Below the pieces are notes generated by a model that did not search any database, was not told the origin of the DNA, and saw only the letters and a list, made by a program, of their open reading frames with translations. Shown piece after piece: positions 9,539 to 22,945 of a DNA stretch of 64,000 bases. Positions within the stretch are counted from its first letter, which is position 1; each line of letters begins with the position of its first letter. The stretch covers positions 1 through 64,000 of the forward strand of contig JAAILG010000472.1 in the NCBI GenBank assembly GCA_012026655.1. Reading direction: 5' to 3'. Origin of the DNA: Hydrolagus affinis (Eukaryota). The position numbers and the translations under genes are program-made.

Positions 9539-12013
9539 TGACATCTGCGCTGGTTCATGTACATATAATAATAATAATCCTTGCATTTTCTATAGCGCCT
9601 TATCACATCTTTGAGAAATCATACAGAATATAGTGTAAAGTGATAGATTGTATATTTTGTGAGATCAGAAAGCAGTGAAGTCTCAAAACGTGGCTGCATG
9701 ATTGTGCGGGAAGTTTGTCCCAATTTATCCATTTCACTGTTAAAATCACTCAAGACTCGGCGAACCAATCTCCGTGCGGGAATTGTAAGTGTAATCACGT
9801 GCACCATTTGTGGTGCAGCCAGTGCATTCGTAATCTCGCAAGATAAAGAAGACATTTGGACAAATGTTAATGTTTCATGGTGAGGGATAAGAAAAGATAA
9901 GAGGAATGTATGCAGGATTTTCACTAGATGTTGCAGGAATTTAACATTTGAAGTTACACCTCCAGAACGGTATCTAAAGGTCTTACATAAATTCAAGCTG
10001 TTGTTGTTAAGTATTCGGTGTGGTATGTGAAAATCCTGAGTTTGCCTATTACGATGCATTTTGAAACGGGGCCTCTGGCTGCTTAAACTGTTTTGTTGGT
10101 CATTTATATACATCGAGTGTAATCCGTGTTGCACTTCACAAGTTACAAAGTGGGGTGTGTTTCAGGGGAGGATGGATAGTTCAAACTTACCTGGATGGAA
10201 CAGTATTTTCTTATGAAAGGAGACCAAAACATTCCCCCCACCACATACACACACACACACGACACTGTCCTGCTGAGGGAAAGAACCCATGCGGAGGCGT
10301 GTGCTATATTTTGGTGGGGGACTGGTTTTGTTTTATTATAAGATTTAGGTTTATAAAATGGTGAAAATCCTTCGTGAGCCTCCTGGGCATTGGCTGCCAT
10401 CCAGTACTTCACTCAAGCAGCCATTCTTCATTTGTGAACTTAGACAGTGAGGTTGTTGTCAGACTGTTCAACTATCCAAAGCACACAGCCAAACGCTTGT
10501 GCTGTTCTCATTCTATGCCTATCCTTGCAAACGTTCCAAGGGGAGGGAGGGGGACAGAATCAATAGATAATAATCAGGAGCAGTCTTGTATTTTAAGAAC
10601 TGCAGAAAAAAACGCTCTCAAGCCAACAGTGAATTTGAGTTCTGGCCAAAATTCTGCAACCCTATTAGATTTGAAGAGTGGTTTTAAGGTTAGGGTTGTT
10701 GGATATTTTGGGGGGGGGCTTTGGTGCAGAATGAAATCCAAACAATGCTTGAAATTGATTATCCGAGGGTTGTCGATCAAAGTCTAAACGAAATAGATGT
10801 CAGGTGCTCGCTTAAGTGGCAAGTCCTTTATTGGAACAGAACACATAGTGTGAAAGCATCACATTCAAATCGTTGGCCTCTCTTCCAATTTCCATCCAAT
10901 CCATTTCTGGCCTCTTATTTATGATTTCCTGCATCTTTGTTCACAGCCATTTGTTTGATTTTTTTATTGTCAATGTACAGTAACGTACAAATGGCGAGCA
11001 GCTGTTCAAACTCTATTGGCGTGATAGTTTAAAGTGATTTAAGGTATCTCCGGGGAGGGAGAGTTGGTGCATAGGTGATCCTTGCAGTTAACTAGATGAT
11101 TGCAGAATTTTCAGTCTTCGGCAGTGCTTTTCCAGGCAGCTACAAGAGCAACAACAGCAACAACAAATTACATTTGCATAGCACTTTTCACGTCAAGAGG
11201 ATGTATTTTGCTGGAATGTTAATGTTGTTCTGAACATGGAAAGTGACGGGAATGTGGAATTCTCTACTGCTGCTGCTGCTGAAATTATTTTAAGGGGGGA
11301 AATTACTGTAGACACATAGTAGAGGGTTGAAAAAGTATTGATGGTTGCGGGGAGCGAGCAGCAGGTTGTGATTAGATTGACGAACGCTCTGAGATGTTAT
11401 CCTATATAAAGGACGCTATATAAATGTGGCTGTTGTTAGATTGAGTGGCTCACGGGGCAAAATATACACCAGTGTAAATTTGGAGGGATGACTGTTTGCT
11501 GTATGTAACCTTGTTTAACATGTCCACCCGCCAAACTTCATGACGCAGGGTTTGGAGTTGATCTGAAATATATCTGGCAATCTGTATTGCATTGAATTAA
11601 TAACTGGTTTGGTTAGTATGATACTGCTGAACTGAAGCACAGGCCTTAACAGATTGTATCATAAACCCTCTGGGCGTGTTATACAATGCTTTTGTTTCAC
11701 TTCTTCTTTAATTTTCCCAACAAAATGTTAGTTTCACTTGCTCCCCCATCTCTCAAGCTTAGCAAAAACTGGTTTGACATTAAACTTGTGGTTCTTTGCA
11801 CAAAGTGGATTGCAGGAAATGTTATTTTTACCATAATTCTTGGGTTTGCTGTCGCGCTTTTCTCAAACGGAGGACATCTCAAAATACCTTGTGGGAGTTA
11901 CTGTAAAAAAGTGTATTTTGTAGGCGTTGGCACAGCACTCATCCACTGATTAGGAAGAAGCCAAGGGGAGAAACATGTGTTTGGCCATCGTTTTGTGTAA
12001 ATGTAATCTTGTA

Positions 12014-12558
12014 TCTTAGTGGTTAGAGCACTCACCTCGCAAGCGGGAGGACTTGGGTTCAATTCCCAGCAGGGCGAAACCTTAGGCAAGTTTCCTTACT
12101 CCACACACCTAATAATGACAATCCCTAAAAATATTGGGTCATTCAATCCATGACCGTTTGTGGGACACTGCTGCATGCATATTTGTGGGCTGCCACGTTG
12201 TGCCCACAAATATCATGTAAATTAACTTTACAGTATATTCTGTGAAGCGCTTTGAGATGTCTAGAAGACGTGAAAAGTGCTGTATCAAATGCAAGGATCA
12301 TTATTATTGTTATTATTATTCCACATGCCTTTGTTTATCTTGCAATAAATAGGAACCCAGTTATTAGTTGATTAGGGGATCACTTTAATAATCCCTTTTA
12401 AAAAAAATTGGGTCACCCAATCCACGTCCGTTTGTGTGCAATTTGTTGGTGTGCAAAACGCATTTTACCGTATATTCTGTATATTCTGTAAAGCGCTTTT
12501 GAGATGTCTCATAGACATGATGAGGTGCTATATCAAATGCAAGGATTATTATTATTAA
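12014..12558 (+). mobile_element. Tandem SINEs: short form (12014-12320) then a 5'-truncated long form (12321-12558)
   Basis: Two successive GCAAGGAT(T)ATTATT tails; second copy carries the long-form segment TGTTTATCTTGCAATAAATAGGAACCC. Confidence 0.88.
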
Positions 12559-12779
12559 TCCAGCGTTTTGCAGCTGAACCTGGTCCGAGGAGACATGTCT
12601 GCTGCAATAACAATAGGCAGGTGTGTAGTTTGCCAAGAACAAGGGACTTGTCCTGAAACTAGCAAGACAAAGCACTGAGCATTTTGCTGTCCAATTGCTA
12701 ATTTTACTTCCTTTTCTCTTGATGGCTCAGCAATTTTGAGTGTGATCTGTCAGGGCGTAGTAACGTGTTCATCATCATC

Positions 12780-12965
12780 ATAATAATAATGCTCCTTGCA
12801 TTTGATATAGTGCCTTATCACATCTTTGGGACATCTCAAATCACTTCACCAAATATAGTGTAAAATGAATTGACTGTATGTTTTGTGGGCGAAACATGGC
12901 AGCTAATTGCACACAGCAGAGTCCCGCAAACAATCGTGGATTGAGTGACCAAATTATTATGATTC
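12780..12965 (-). mobile_element. SINE 3' half
   Basis: TAATAATAAT..CCTTGCATTTGATATAG... reverse body. Confidence 0.85.
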
Positions 12966-12989
12966 ATTTACATCAATGAGAGGCATTGT

Positions 12990-13200
12990 GTGTCTTTTAA
13001 AATGGACGGAATTTGTAGCGATAATAAATATGGTGAAAATGGGTTTATATTAGTCTGAGACAATGGCATAAACAAAAAAAATCCCTGGAACATTTTCAGC
13101 AAGTTAGAAGACTGGGGGAAGGTATTTTGTGCTTTTTCAAGAGAAGTTTTGATCAAGTGAGTCCTAGAAATTGGTGGCAAAGGTGAGAGCTCTTTTGATT
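12990..13200 (+). mobile_element. Highly decayed CR1 RT fragment
   Basis: TTTGATCAAGTG...TTGGTGGCAAAGGTGAGAGCT reads FDQV...LVAKVRA, like CR1 AFDKV.H.RL..KVRA. Confidence 0.4.
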
Positions 13201-13727
13201 TTCCAGAGAGGGGTAAAGAGGTTCAAGCTATTGAAGCGACTAGAAAAGGGGAAGATGATTGCCAAGAGACATTGTGTAAGCTGAGGGAGAAAGGAAATTC
13301 CCAACACTTAGCTATCGATCTCAGTTTTCTACAGATTGCGCGAGGGCTGAAAAGAAAGCTGATGGCACTAAATAGTGTGCTAGATGTCAAACGCATTGTG
13401 AGCAGTTTGCTTCGTAGCAATTAGCTCCGACTCCAAGTGGAGTGGTCCCACCATGATAGTTCATAATGGATCGCGAAAATAATTTTTGAATAGCCCTTTG
13501 ACGATGCATCTGCAGGGCAACAATCAGTGATTTAATTGGAGCAGCAAAAGGACTACGATTAGAACAGCAACTTGCATTTATATAGTGCCCTTCGCGGCGG
13601 GCAATTGCTCTGTAATTGTAGGTGGCTGAGCCTCGCTGTGGGTTGTGGGAAAATTCATATTAAAAAATAGATCATCAATTTCTAGGAGGATTGGTGTGCT
13701 GTGAGCATAGCCAGTAAGAAGATAAAT

Positions 13728-14010
13728 ATAATAATAATCCTTGCACTTGACACAGCACCTTATCACATGCCTTCGAGACTTCTCAATCCAAAAAAATGTT
13801 GAAGACCATTTTCAATTGATGGCACCACTCTGAATGAGTAGTAATAATAATAATCCTTGCATTTGATAAAGCCTTATCACGTCTCTTCGGGACGTCTCAA
13901 AGCCCTTGGGACTTAGGAAACTCAATATAACGTAAAATGAATTGACTATATTTTGTGGGCAAAACGCAGCAGCCAATTGCGCACAGTAATGTCCCACAAA
14001 CAGTCGTGCT
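13728..14010 (-). mobile_element. Two SINE 3' fragments
   Basis: AATAATAATCCTTGCA tails near 13730 and 13843. Confidence 0.8.
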
Positions 14011-14799
14011 TATATACAGGTTAGAAAAAAAATTGGGGAAAGATGCAAATGATCAAACATGGAACTATTAAATCAGTCTAAGCCAAGAACAGGCATATGT
14101 ACCACACTAAGTGTGTGTCTGTCTTGGTGCTGGGCAGCAGGGGATTGGCACTGTTATCATGTATTTCATACTGTACTGTGCTGCTTACCTTGTAACTTAC
14201 AAATAGTTGTTGGTACCTGCTCGCTGCCAAGCGCAGGTTCATATCTGTGCTTGTAATTATGTTTCCAGAGTACCTCAGTTTACTTTTCCTGAGTCCCAAA
14301 GGCTTGGCCCTTGCCAATTTTTGCCTCACCTCTCTCGGTTTAGGTGAGAAGAGCACACAGGCCTTAGGGGAGAGAGTGTGCGCTCCATACCACCCAAACG
14401 GAAATTTCCACACGTGAAGCTCTTAGAAATGTTGCTTTGGAAGCTCTTAAAGGATGGCAACCGGCTATCCGTGTATCAGAAACTCGGCTGAACAAAAAAT
14501 AAATCCACCTCCTTTTTGCATGATTGTGACTTTTTCCCTTTCCCCCCTCTGCTTGCCATAAATAATAAACTTTACAAGCTTGACTAGTCAAAGTCTGAAA
14601 ACGATCCCTTATTAATTAATAACGTAGCTGTTCACTAAGATATGAAATAATATGAATTTGTTTTCTTGCGCGGACCAGGAAATTTATTCTCTTTCTAGTT
14701 TTTAATGAACTGTCTTTACTGGAGTACGATACTGATAATTTGTGTCTTTAGACTTAAGAGGCCTTGCTTTAACATGAGTGTTTGCTGCTCTATCAGTAT

Positions 14800-14900
14800 A
14801 ACACAGGACTTCCTGGTTAGATATTGTGTTGGAGGAAGTCTGCCATTACCTCCACAGTGAGTCATTCATTCTCCAGCACTCACAATTTTGACTCAGGATG
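14800..14900. promoter_or_regulatory. Candidate ETS/AP-1 composite enhancer
   Basis: ACTTCCTG 14808-14815, GAGGAAGT 14832-14839, TGAGTCA 14858-14864, TGACTCA 14889-14895 in non-repeat DNA. Confidence 0.35.
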
Positions 14901-16142
14901 CGCCAACTATTTTACTCAATGGAAATGTTTTTTTTCAACCAGGATATGTCTTGCAAAGTGTTGTTGAATGCAGTAATAGGCTTTCAACATGAACGTGGAA
15001 TGCGTTTTAAATTGGCTTTTCATGATTCGAGGTGTGCAGGTGGTAACTGCACTTTAGCTAAATGTTTACGTTTAGTGGATGGTAAGAATATTGGAATAAA
15101 TTTCCGCCGAAAGGTATAACAATTGGAAAGTTGGGCCCAAGAATGAAACTTTTTTGTATTTCTTAAATTCATTTTTGTTCTGATATTCCCACATTTCCTT
15201 TCCTCCCTCCCTTCCTTCCCCTACCCACAACTTAAAAAAATCCATTACAAAAGTCACCTTCTATTAACCAAGAGAAGTTATTTGTGTCTATATATACATA
15301 TATATGAATAATATATAATAATAATATATATATAATATGTACTGACTATAATTTTGAAATAAGTCAGTTGATTCAAAAAGCTTAGAACAGTCTGTTTTGC
15401 TTTGTAGAATTTTAGTTAAGGCACAATTGAGTTGTTTTTTAAAAAAAAGAATTTGAATTCTTCTGAGGTTCCAGAGCTCATTAGTGAATATTTCCGTCAT
15501 CTTTCACCCTTGTTTCGCTTGCATTGGACTACATTAAAACGTGCATAAGTCTATAAATTGTATAACCGCTGAAGTCACACTCCTGCCCAAGTCCCGGTCA
15601 AGACTTTATATTCTACGCAAGTTTGGCATAACTTATGCTTTGCATAAGTCAAATTAAATGTATGGTCCCAAGTGATGCAACATATGTGAGGATAACTGTA
15701 TTTGAATTTGCTGCAGTTTTCTACACCGTGTGACCTATACAATGTTCACAATGAAACCCACATTGATTCAGCTGATAAAGTGACTTCTGAGAAGCTAGTG
15801 TTTTTTGAATTGAGTAAGGTTTGGAATAAGTGCACCAGAAAGCTTTACTGTAATTAATAGGCTTTAATGGCAAATCATCTTGACAATTCAGCTTGTCAGC
15901 TGACTAAAGAAATCGAACTTTACGAAGAAATAGTAAATGTCTTTTTTAGCTGCTGAGTGATAGGAAACCTTTTGAATGAATGTTAGTTGGTCTGTAAGCT
16001 TGTAAGCTTTTTCAGGCATGCACCAATTCATATTTTGTAGTTTCCACTTGTGTGATCCACTTGCAATTTCTTGCTCAATATTGTGCTGCTGAACGATTTT
16101 ATTATTTATGTTGCATGGTTCCTAGCTAAACTTCAAAAGTCA

Positions 16143-16697
16143 TTAATAATAATCCTTGCATTTGATGTAGTATCTTATCACGTCTTCGAGACATCTCAAA
16201 ACCCTTCACAGGATATACTGACTGTATTTTGTAGGCAAACGCACAGGAGAATTTACATACATAATGTCTCACAAACAGCCTTGAGGTGAGTGATCGGTTT
16301 TATTGGAGGGACTGTTGGTCAGGAAACTGGGAGAAGCTCTCTTCTCCTTTCAAATAATGCCTGGAGATTGTTGACACCAAGGTGAACAGGCACCGACAGG
16401 ATCAAGGTTTAATGCTTCACCTGAACGATAGCGCCTTTGACAAAGTAGCGCTGCACTGGAGAGTCATCTAAGACAGTTCCGAAGGCTTTTTCACGACTAG
16501 ATTATCATTATTTTACAGCCTTCCTTATTATGAACTATTATGAAATTAGGAGAATTTAAGACGTCCCGGTGTGGTAAAGCGCTATAATAATAATAATCCT
16601 TGCATTTAATTTAGTGCTTTTCATGTCTTCAAGATATCTCAAAACGCTTCACAGAATAAACTATAACGTGAATTGACTGTATATTTGTGGGCGAAAA
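16143..16697 (-). mobile_element. DeuSINE (~16143-16470) and young SINE 3' fragment (~16588-16697)
   Basis: Reverse Deu-domain CTCTTCTCCTTTCAAATAATGCC...; TAATAATCCTTGCATT tails. Confidence 0.7.
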
Positions 16698-19092
16698 GAG
16701 CTTCACTATATGAAAAGTAAGTGTTATTATTATTACACGGCCCCTTATGATTAAATGTTTTCTCTAGGACCAAATGAAAGGATTTTTATTATGCATGGGT
16801 TGAATGTTAGGTTAGCTAATTTGTAAAATCACATAAAAGAGATTCTGCCCTTTAGTTATCATTGGGAAATGCTGTTAGTATTTGATTGCACTGTTATTGA
16901 AAGGAAAATAGTTTTTTTTTGTTCATTGGCATCCTGTGGAAGAGTGACAGGATAGGATTTTTTTTGGGTCTCTGCCAAGGAAAGATTTCCCTGAGATCAG
17001 CCTTGGCCAGGAATGTTCTGCCATTGCCAAAACAATTTTTTTTAAGATCCATATTGTGTTAATAGAATTGTGCCTTGAAGCCTTGGTATGAGGTGCTCAT
17101 GAAAGAGATAAAGAGGAAAATTTGATATAGCGCCCGCCTTATCAGATTGTCTCATAGCGTTTTACAGGATACCTGTATATGGTAAAGTCGATTGACTGTG
17201 TATTCTGTGGGCAGAATCTGAAAGTGGCTGTTTTTGCCTTGTCTCAGACAATATGTACGTCATTCCTGTCTGGGATTGCCTTTATTTCACAAGCTTCCCT
17301 TTTAACACCAATTCCAGCATTTCACAATCTTAATAATGGCTCATTAGCTGACTCTTTCTTTGTGCATGGCACATAATTGTTGTTTTTTTAAAAAAAGTTT
17401 CATTATCCTTGTAATTTTTTTAACATGGGGGTTTCAATCTTTTACAGGGGGCTTTAACAGTCCTACCACTACCAGTTCTGGTTAAAGGTCACAAGTGAAA
17501 CAACTTTTTCTTTCAGTTGTGGATTAGTCTTAATGTGCATTCAGTGCATATGTGATTTCAATCTCATTGATACTGTACTTAGCCTCTGCACATTTTGGAG
17601 ATCTTACTGCAAATAACAATCATATTTGGTCATTTGCTTCATGGCTGTTAGTTAGCATGTACAAATTGGTTGCTGCAAATGTAGTTACTGCACAAGTTAC
17701 ATGATTTTCACCCACAATTATACAGTCAATTCATTTTACAATATATTCTGTGAAGCACTTTGAGACGTCTTTATACACACGTCTCCCCCCACCATCAACA
17801 CACACACGCAACCAATTGCCCATTACCAAAATACACAGGCAATCCACGAAATCCCGTGAAGCTCTTTGAGACACCTTGATGATGTAATAAGGCACTACAT
17901 CAAATTATTAATATTTCTTCTTTATTTTTATTGCTAAAACATACCATGAGTGACTCAGTCCGACTGTTACGGGTCACTCGCGGAGAAACCCCTCTATCTA
18001 TTTTATAATAATAATAATTGTTGCATTTGATATAGCGCTTGTCACGTCGAAGCGCTTCACAGAAGTTTCTGTACTAAGGAGATTGAACCCCCTCAGTCTG
18101 CCGCGACACACTGCCTGTTACCCGCGGGAATTCCTGTTCGCGACTCTTGAGTGGCTATTAGTCAGTCCTGATGGGAAAGGTTGCTTCCTCAACCCCTTTT
18201 ATCTTCACATCCACTTATGCAAAACTGTAGGTGACATGTTCAAACAGGCAGGTCTATGGCAGTTTTGCATATATGAAATTGGATCAGTGCTTTGAAGGTA
18301 ATGATTTAATTATCTTCCACTACACGTGACAAAAGGATACCTAATTGGCGGTTGCTGCCAAAAGGCAATCCCAAATTAAAGATACTTTATTATTATAAAA
18401 TGTGGTTACAGGTGTTATTTTAACTTAACTTATTTGATTAATTAGCTTAATGTCCATTTAAAGTGTCTCATGGCCTACTTTGAATTCTGTTCTCACTCAC
18501 TAACAATATATTGACATCCTGATACAATAGTATTGTCCTTTGCCCATAGTAGTTGGATTATGATTTAAAGACTATACCAAGAGAGTATTGCATTACAGCA
18601 GCAACAAAAGTATATTTATAGAGCACCTTTCATGTCATGAGGATGTCCCAAGGCACATTAGTTCATGATAACAATAAGAGGATTTCTTGCATTTTCACAG
18701 CCACTACACTTACAGTACAATCCTGTGAAGCACTTTGCAACGTTTCAACAAAGTGATAAGATGCTACATTACGTACATTTGAATTACAAGTATTTATTAT
18801 TGCATTAGGAGGCAAGGTAGGAGCTACAATCTGCCTGAATGACAAGTATTAAGAAGCTTAAAAAAAATCAGCCTGGGATTTTATTAAAATTCCAGTCCGG
18901 TTCCCCTTGTTGAATAAGTGTGTTAAGTAAGTTCATGCCAAGTGTGAACTGGAAAGCCTTGGGTGGAATCACCACCCCCTACCAGCAGTCAAACAACCTG
19001 TACGCACTCACGTCTAGGGGTGCTGTACAACAACAACAACTTTGATTTATATAGCGCCCTCCATGCCGGACGGCGTCTCAGAGCGCTGTAGG

Positions 19093-19436
19093 TCAGTGGT
19101 TAGCGCACTTGCCCTGCAAGCAGGAGACCTGGGTTCAATTCCCGGCAGGGAGAAACCTTGGGCAAGTTTCCTTACTCCACATGCTTGATAATGATCCCTT
19201 GAAAAAAAGTCGGTGACTTCAATCCACGACTATTTGTGGTACACAGCTGTGTGCAATTGGCTGTCACGTTTTGCCCACAAATATATAGTCAATTCACTTT
19301 ATAGCATATTCTATGAAGTGTTTTGAGACGTTTAGAAGACGTGAACAATAACAACAAAATTACATTTATAGAGCACCCTTCACATCGGGAGGACGTCCCA
19401 GCGTGAAGAGTGCTATATCCAATGAAAGGATTATCC
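19093..19436 (+). mobile_element. tRNA-derived SINE containing a 56-bp antisense L2 tail insertion (19346-19401)
   Basis: SINE tail interrupted; CGTGAA repeated at 19340-19345 and 19402-19407. Confidence 0.88.
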
Positions 19437-19633
19437 TCTTCGACCGCGCCTTCGGCTGCCCCACTAACTCTTCCCCCTCTTCCACTCTCCTTCCCCTTCC
19501 CCCTACCCCGACCAGCAGTCAAACACCCCACGCCCCCTGCTCGGGTCCCTACCAGACTGTTCAGTTTGGGACGTCCTCCCGACGTGAAAGGCGCTATATA
19601 AATGCAATTTTGTTTTGTTGTTATTATTATTAA
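19433..19633 (+). mobile_element. L2 LINE 3' end
   Basis: CTCTTCGACCGCGCCTTCGG (LFDRAF), C-rich UTR, GGGACGTCCTCCCGACGTGAAAGGCGCTATATAAATGCAA, (TTG)n. Confidence 0.85.
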
Positions 19634-20825
19634 GACATGCAAGTTGTAGTTCTGTTGAGCTACCATTGGTTGTGGAATCTTGTGCCAATTTGTGTGGGTA
19701 CAAATAGTCTTCTGGCTCCCTCTCAAACAATATTGTTTCGATTAATTGTTGGCCTTTACGTCCGTCAGCAACATTTTCTGTTGTTTCAAAGTCTACCTCA
19801 AGACTCATCTCTTTGACCCCACATTCAGTTTTCTTCCATCTCCATCCCCACCCCCCCACCTCCACACACAAACACACACACAATATCCTTTTCAGAACCA
19901 CATAGCCAGCTGTGTAAGCTAACGTATAAATGTAAATTGTACGGTATTGCTTGCTGAGCAGCAGTGAGTGAATCCGACACTACTCATTGTCTCAACAGAA
20001 AAACTGAGACCTGGCTCATCTCGTATAGGTTAAGAATTAGCGCTCACAACAACAACATTTATAGAGCGCCTTTCACGTCGGTAGGACATCCCAAGGCGCC
20101 ACTTGAAGACGTGGAAGCAATAGCCAACCCGATGTTGTAAGGGAAACGTAAACCAGTGTGGAGTAGGAGATTAATTCATGTTATGGTCCACACTCGCCAA
20201 TCGCAGGCTGGAGTTGAGTGAAAAGTGCATTCAGTAGCAGGACTTATGGAAGTTCGGTGGATAATCCTTTGAAAGCTGTTTTGATTTAAGTGCTGGTTTT
20301 GGTACGAAATACCAGGTCTGTACATATCATGTGAATTCTCTTGAGTTGACTGGTGTTTAGACGGTCAATGGGAGGTCACTCTTTTCACGCATTGTCTTGA
20401 AGATTAAGCCCTTATTTCCTGAGGATGTTCTTTATGCACCAGTAGTCGCTACAGCAAAAGTAATGGGCTACATTTGTGACTGGAGTTCAACTCACTCCGA
20501 GGCATGAAAGAGTAGGTGGAGCCTAAATACAACTGAAGTGTTTTTTTTATGAAGCACTAAAACCACTGTTTTATTTTTAAACCTCGTGGAGGGTGGAGGG
20601 ATGATGGAAATTTTATTGGCTGCGTCGAATAGAGTGTATCTGCCAAGTCACGTTAAAACAAAATGAATTTATACTAAAGCTTCCCAGCAATTACCCTTGC
20701 ATGTGTTGCACTGCGGCTCTGAATAAAGGAGAGAGAAGCTGATTTTAGTCTGTGAACCAAAAGGCTTATTGTGTGAAGCACAGGACAGGTCACGCTGATG
20801 CAAAATTGAGCGAAAATAGCTTACG

Positions 20826-21200
20826 TATTATTGACCCTTGTATTTGGTAGAGAGCCTTTTGTGTCAGGGGAATGTCTTGAAGAGCTTCACAGGATTCACT
20901 CAGCAGAAGTGAAGTGACTGTGTACTTTGTAGGCAAATAAGCAGCCAAGATGCAAATTGCCAATTTTATTTGGGGCATTGTTGGCAAGGACAATAGGAGA
21001 AACTCTTCTCTTTTTGAGTAGCAATGAACAGGCGAGATGGGATCTCGATATATTGTGCCATCTGAAGTTCAGCAATTCGGGTAATTCAGCACACCTCCAG
21101 CACTGGAGTGTCAGCACAGACTATACGAGTTCCAAGTCCTGACATGGGTATTGAACCCGCAACCTTCTATCTCAGAGCCAACTAAGCTAGACTGACAAAC
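20826..21200 (-). mobile_element. DeuSINE, near full length
   Basis: Reverse tail, body GCAGCCAA, GGAGAAACTCTTCTCT, head TTGAACCCGCAACCTTCT. Confidence 0.7.
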
Positions 21201-22280
21201 AAAAATAAGAGTAAAACGTGACTTCTTTAGTCTCATGTTTTGGTTGACAGTAATCCTGAATTTCGTTGTCATGGTTGAATTTACAAATATTGTGGTTAAA
21301 AAAAAAGTCCACAAGGAACTGTTGCTTATATTTTTACTCATTTCCGGGAAAGTTGGAGCTAAGTAGCACTTGTGCTAGTCAACAGGTTTTGAGAGTGGGC
21401 GTGGATGCCAGGAATGCAGAGTACAGTACTATATGAAGTGCTGTACATGTACTGTAGTGTACAGTGTACACTACACTGTGTACTTGTCTGATTTGGGATG
21501 AATATGTCTCTGATTCGGTTACCTTACACAGACAATGACCTCAAAGGCACCACGCCAGAAAATACTGGCGCTTCAGGTAATTCCCAGTCAGATGAGTAAT
21601 GTGCTGTAACTTGGCACAGTATTTATTATGTACACTTGCAAGTTGAGACACATGTTGAAGAAGGAGCCAGGCACAAACACACATACGTACACAGAGAAAT
21701 GTACAGTAACATATCTGCCTGTCTCATTACTTTTAATGTACAGTATTTCAATTCATCATTATCATTTTTTCCATCCGGGGACAGATCCCGTGGACATCTT
21801 AATGCTCCTCGGATGATCCTTATAGCTCTTGCAATGTGGCACATCTGGGAAGGGCAATGATTAAACTTGATTAAAATATGTGATGATTCTTGTTGTGGTT
21901 GTATAACTTCCTGAGCCAGTTAGTTGAACCCAGAGGATACTGGCCCGAAATAACCTCGCGTCCATGTCTATCATTTCAGATTTATGTTGGGAAAAATTCC
22001 TAAAATGTTGCTTGGATTTTTGGTGGCTTTTGTTTGTTGTAGAGGAGGGATTGTGGCTTTGTGGAATGCAGTTTGCTGTTTATTTCTCCTTTAACGTTCA
22101 ATTATTGTCATCCGGTCTATAATTTACGTCAACTTTGATGTTTCATGTATTGTAAACACTGAGGTTTGTTGCGTGCATTAGCACTGTGGCTTGCTCGTTG
22201 CAGTTATACACACTATTCTGTAAGCAAAGAACTGTTTGGTAGAAATTGATCAATTAGTTTTCATTCATCAATTCGCGTGT

Positions 22281-22945
22281 ATTTGCCTCACAAGCGAAAG
22301 GATCCGGGTTCAATTCCCGGACAGGGAGAAATCTTAGGCAAGTTTCCTTACTCCGCACTGTTTACCTATGAGTAAGTAGGAACCTGGTTCTTAGTTGATT
22401 GACGGATTGCTTTCCGGGGGTAATAATCCCTTTTAAAAAATAAATAAATAATTCTAATAATGATGTCACTAAATCCTCGACTTTATGGGACACTGCAGTG
22501 GCCAATTGGCTGCTGCATTTCACCAACAAAATACAGTCAATTCACTTAACAGAATATCCTGGAGACCTGTAGCTCATTGGTTAAGAGCACTTGCCTTACA
22601 AGTGTGGGACTTGTGTTCGAATCCAGGCAGATTAGGGCGAAACCTTGGGCAAGTTTCCTTACCCCACATGCCTAATAATAATCCCTCAAAAAAAACAATA
22701 ATAAATTGGTCATTTCAAACCATAACTGTTTGTGGGACACTGCTGTGCGCAATTGGCTGCTGCGTTTCACCCACAAATACACAGTCAATTCACTTTACAG
22801 CATATTTTGTGAAGCGCTTTGAGACCTCTAGAAGACATGAAAAGCACTATATCAAATGCAAGAATTATTATTATTATTTTTATCCTGTGAGACATCTCAA
22901 CGACATGATAAAGCGCTACATTAAATGCAAGGATTATTATTACTA
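22281..22945 (+). mobile_element. Long-form SINE with a nested full-length short-form SINE (~22561-22880)
   Basis: TATCCTG duplicated at 22555-22561 and 22881-22887; outer tail resumes after 22887. Confidence 0.9.

Noticed and set aside
9619-10134. 171-aa minus-strand ORF
   Set aside because: No recognisable domain, ends in a SINE tail, and no splice or codon support
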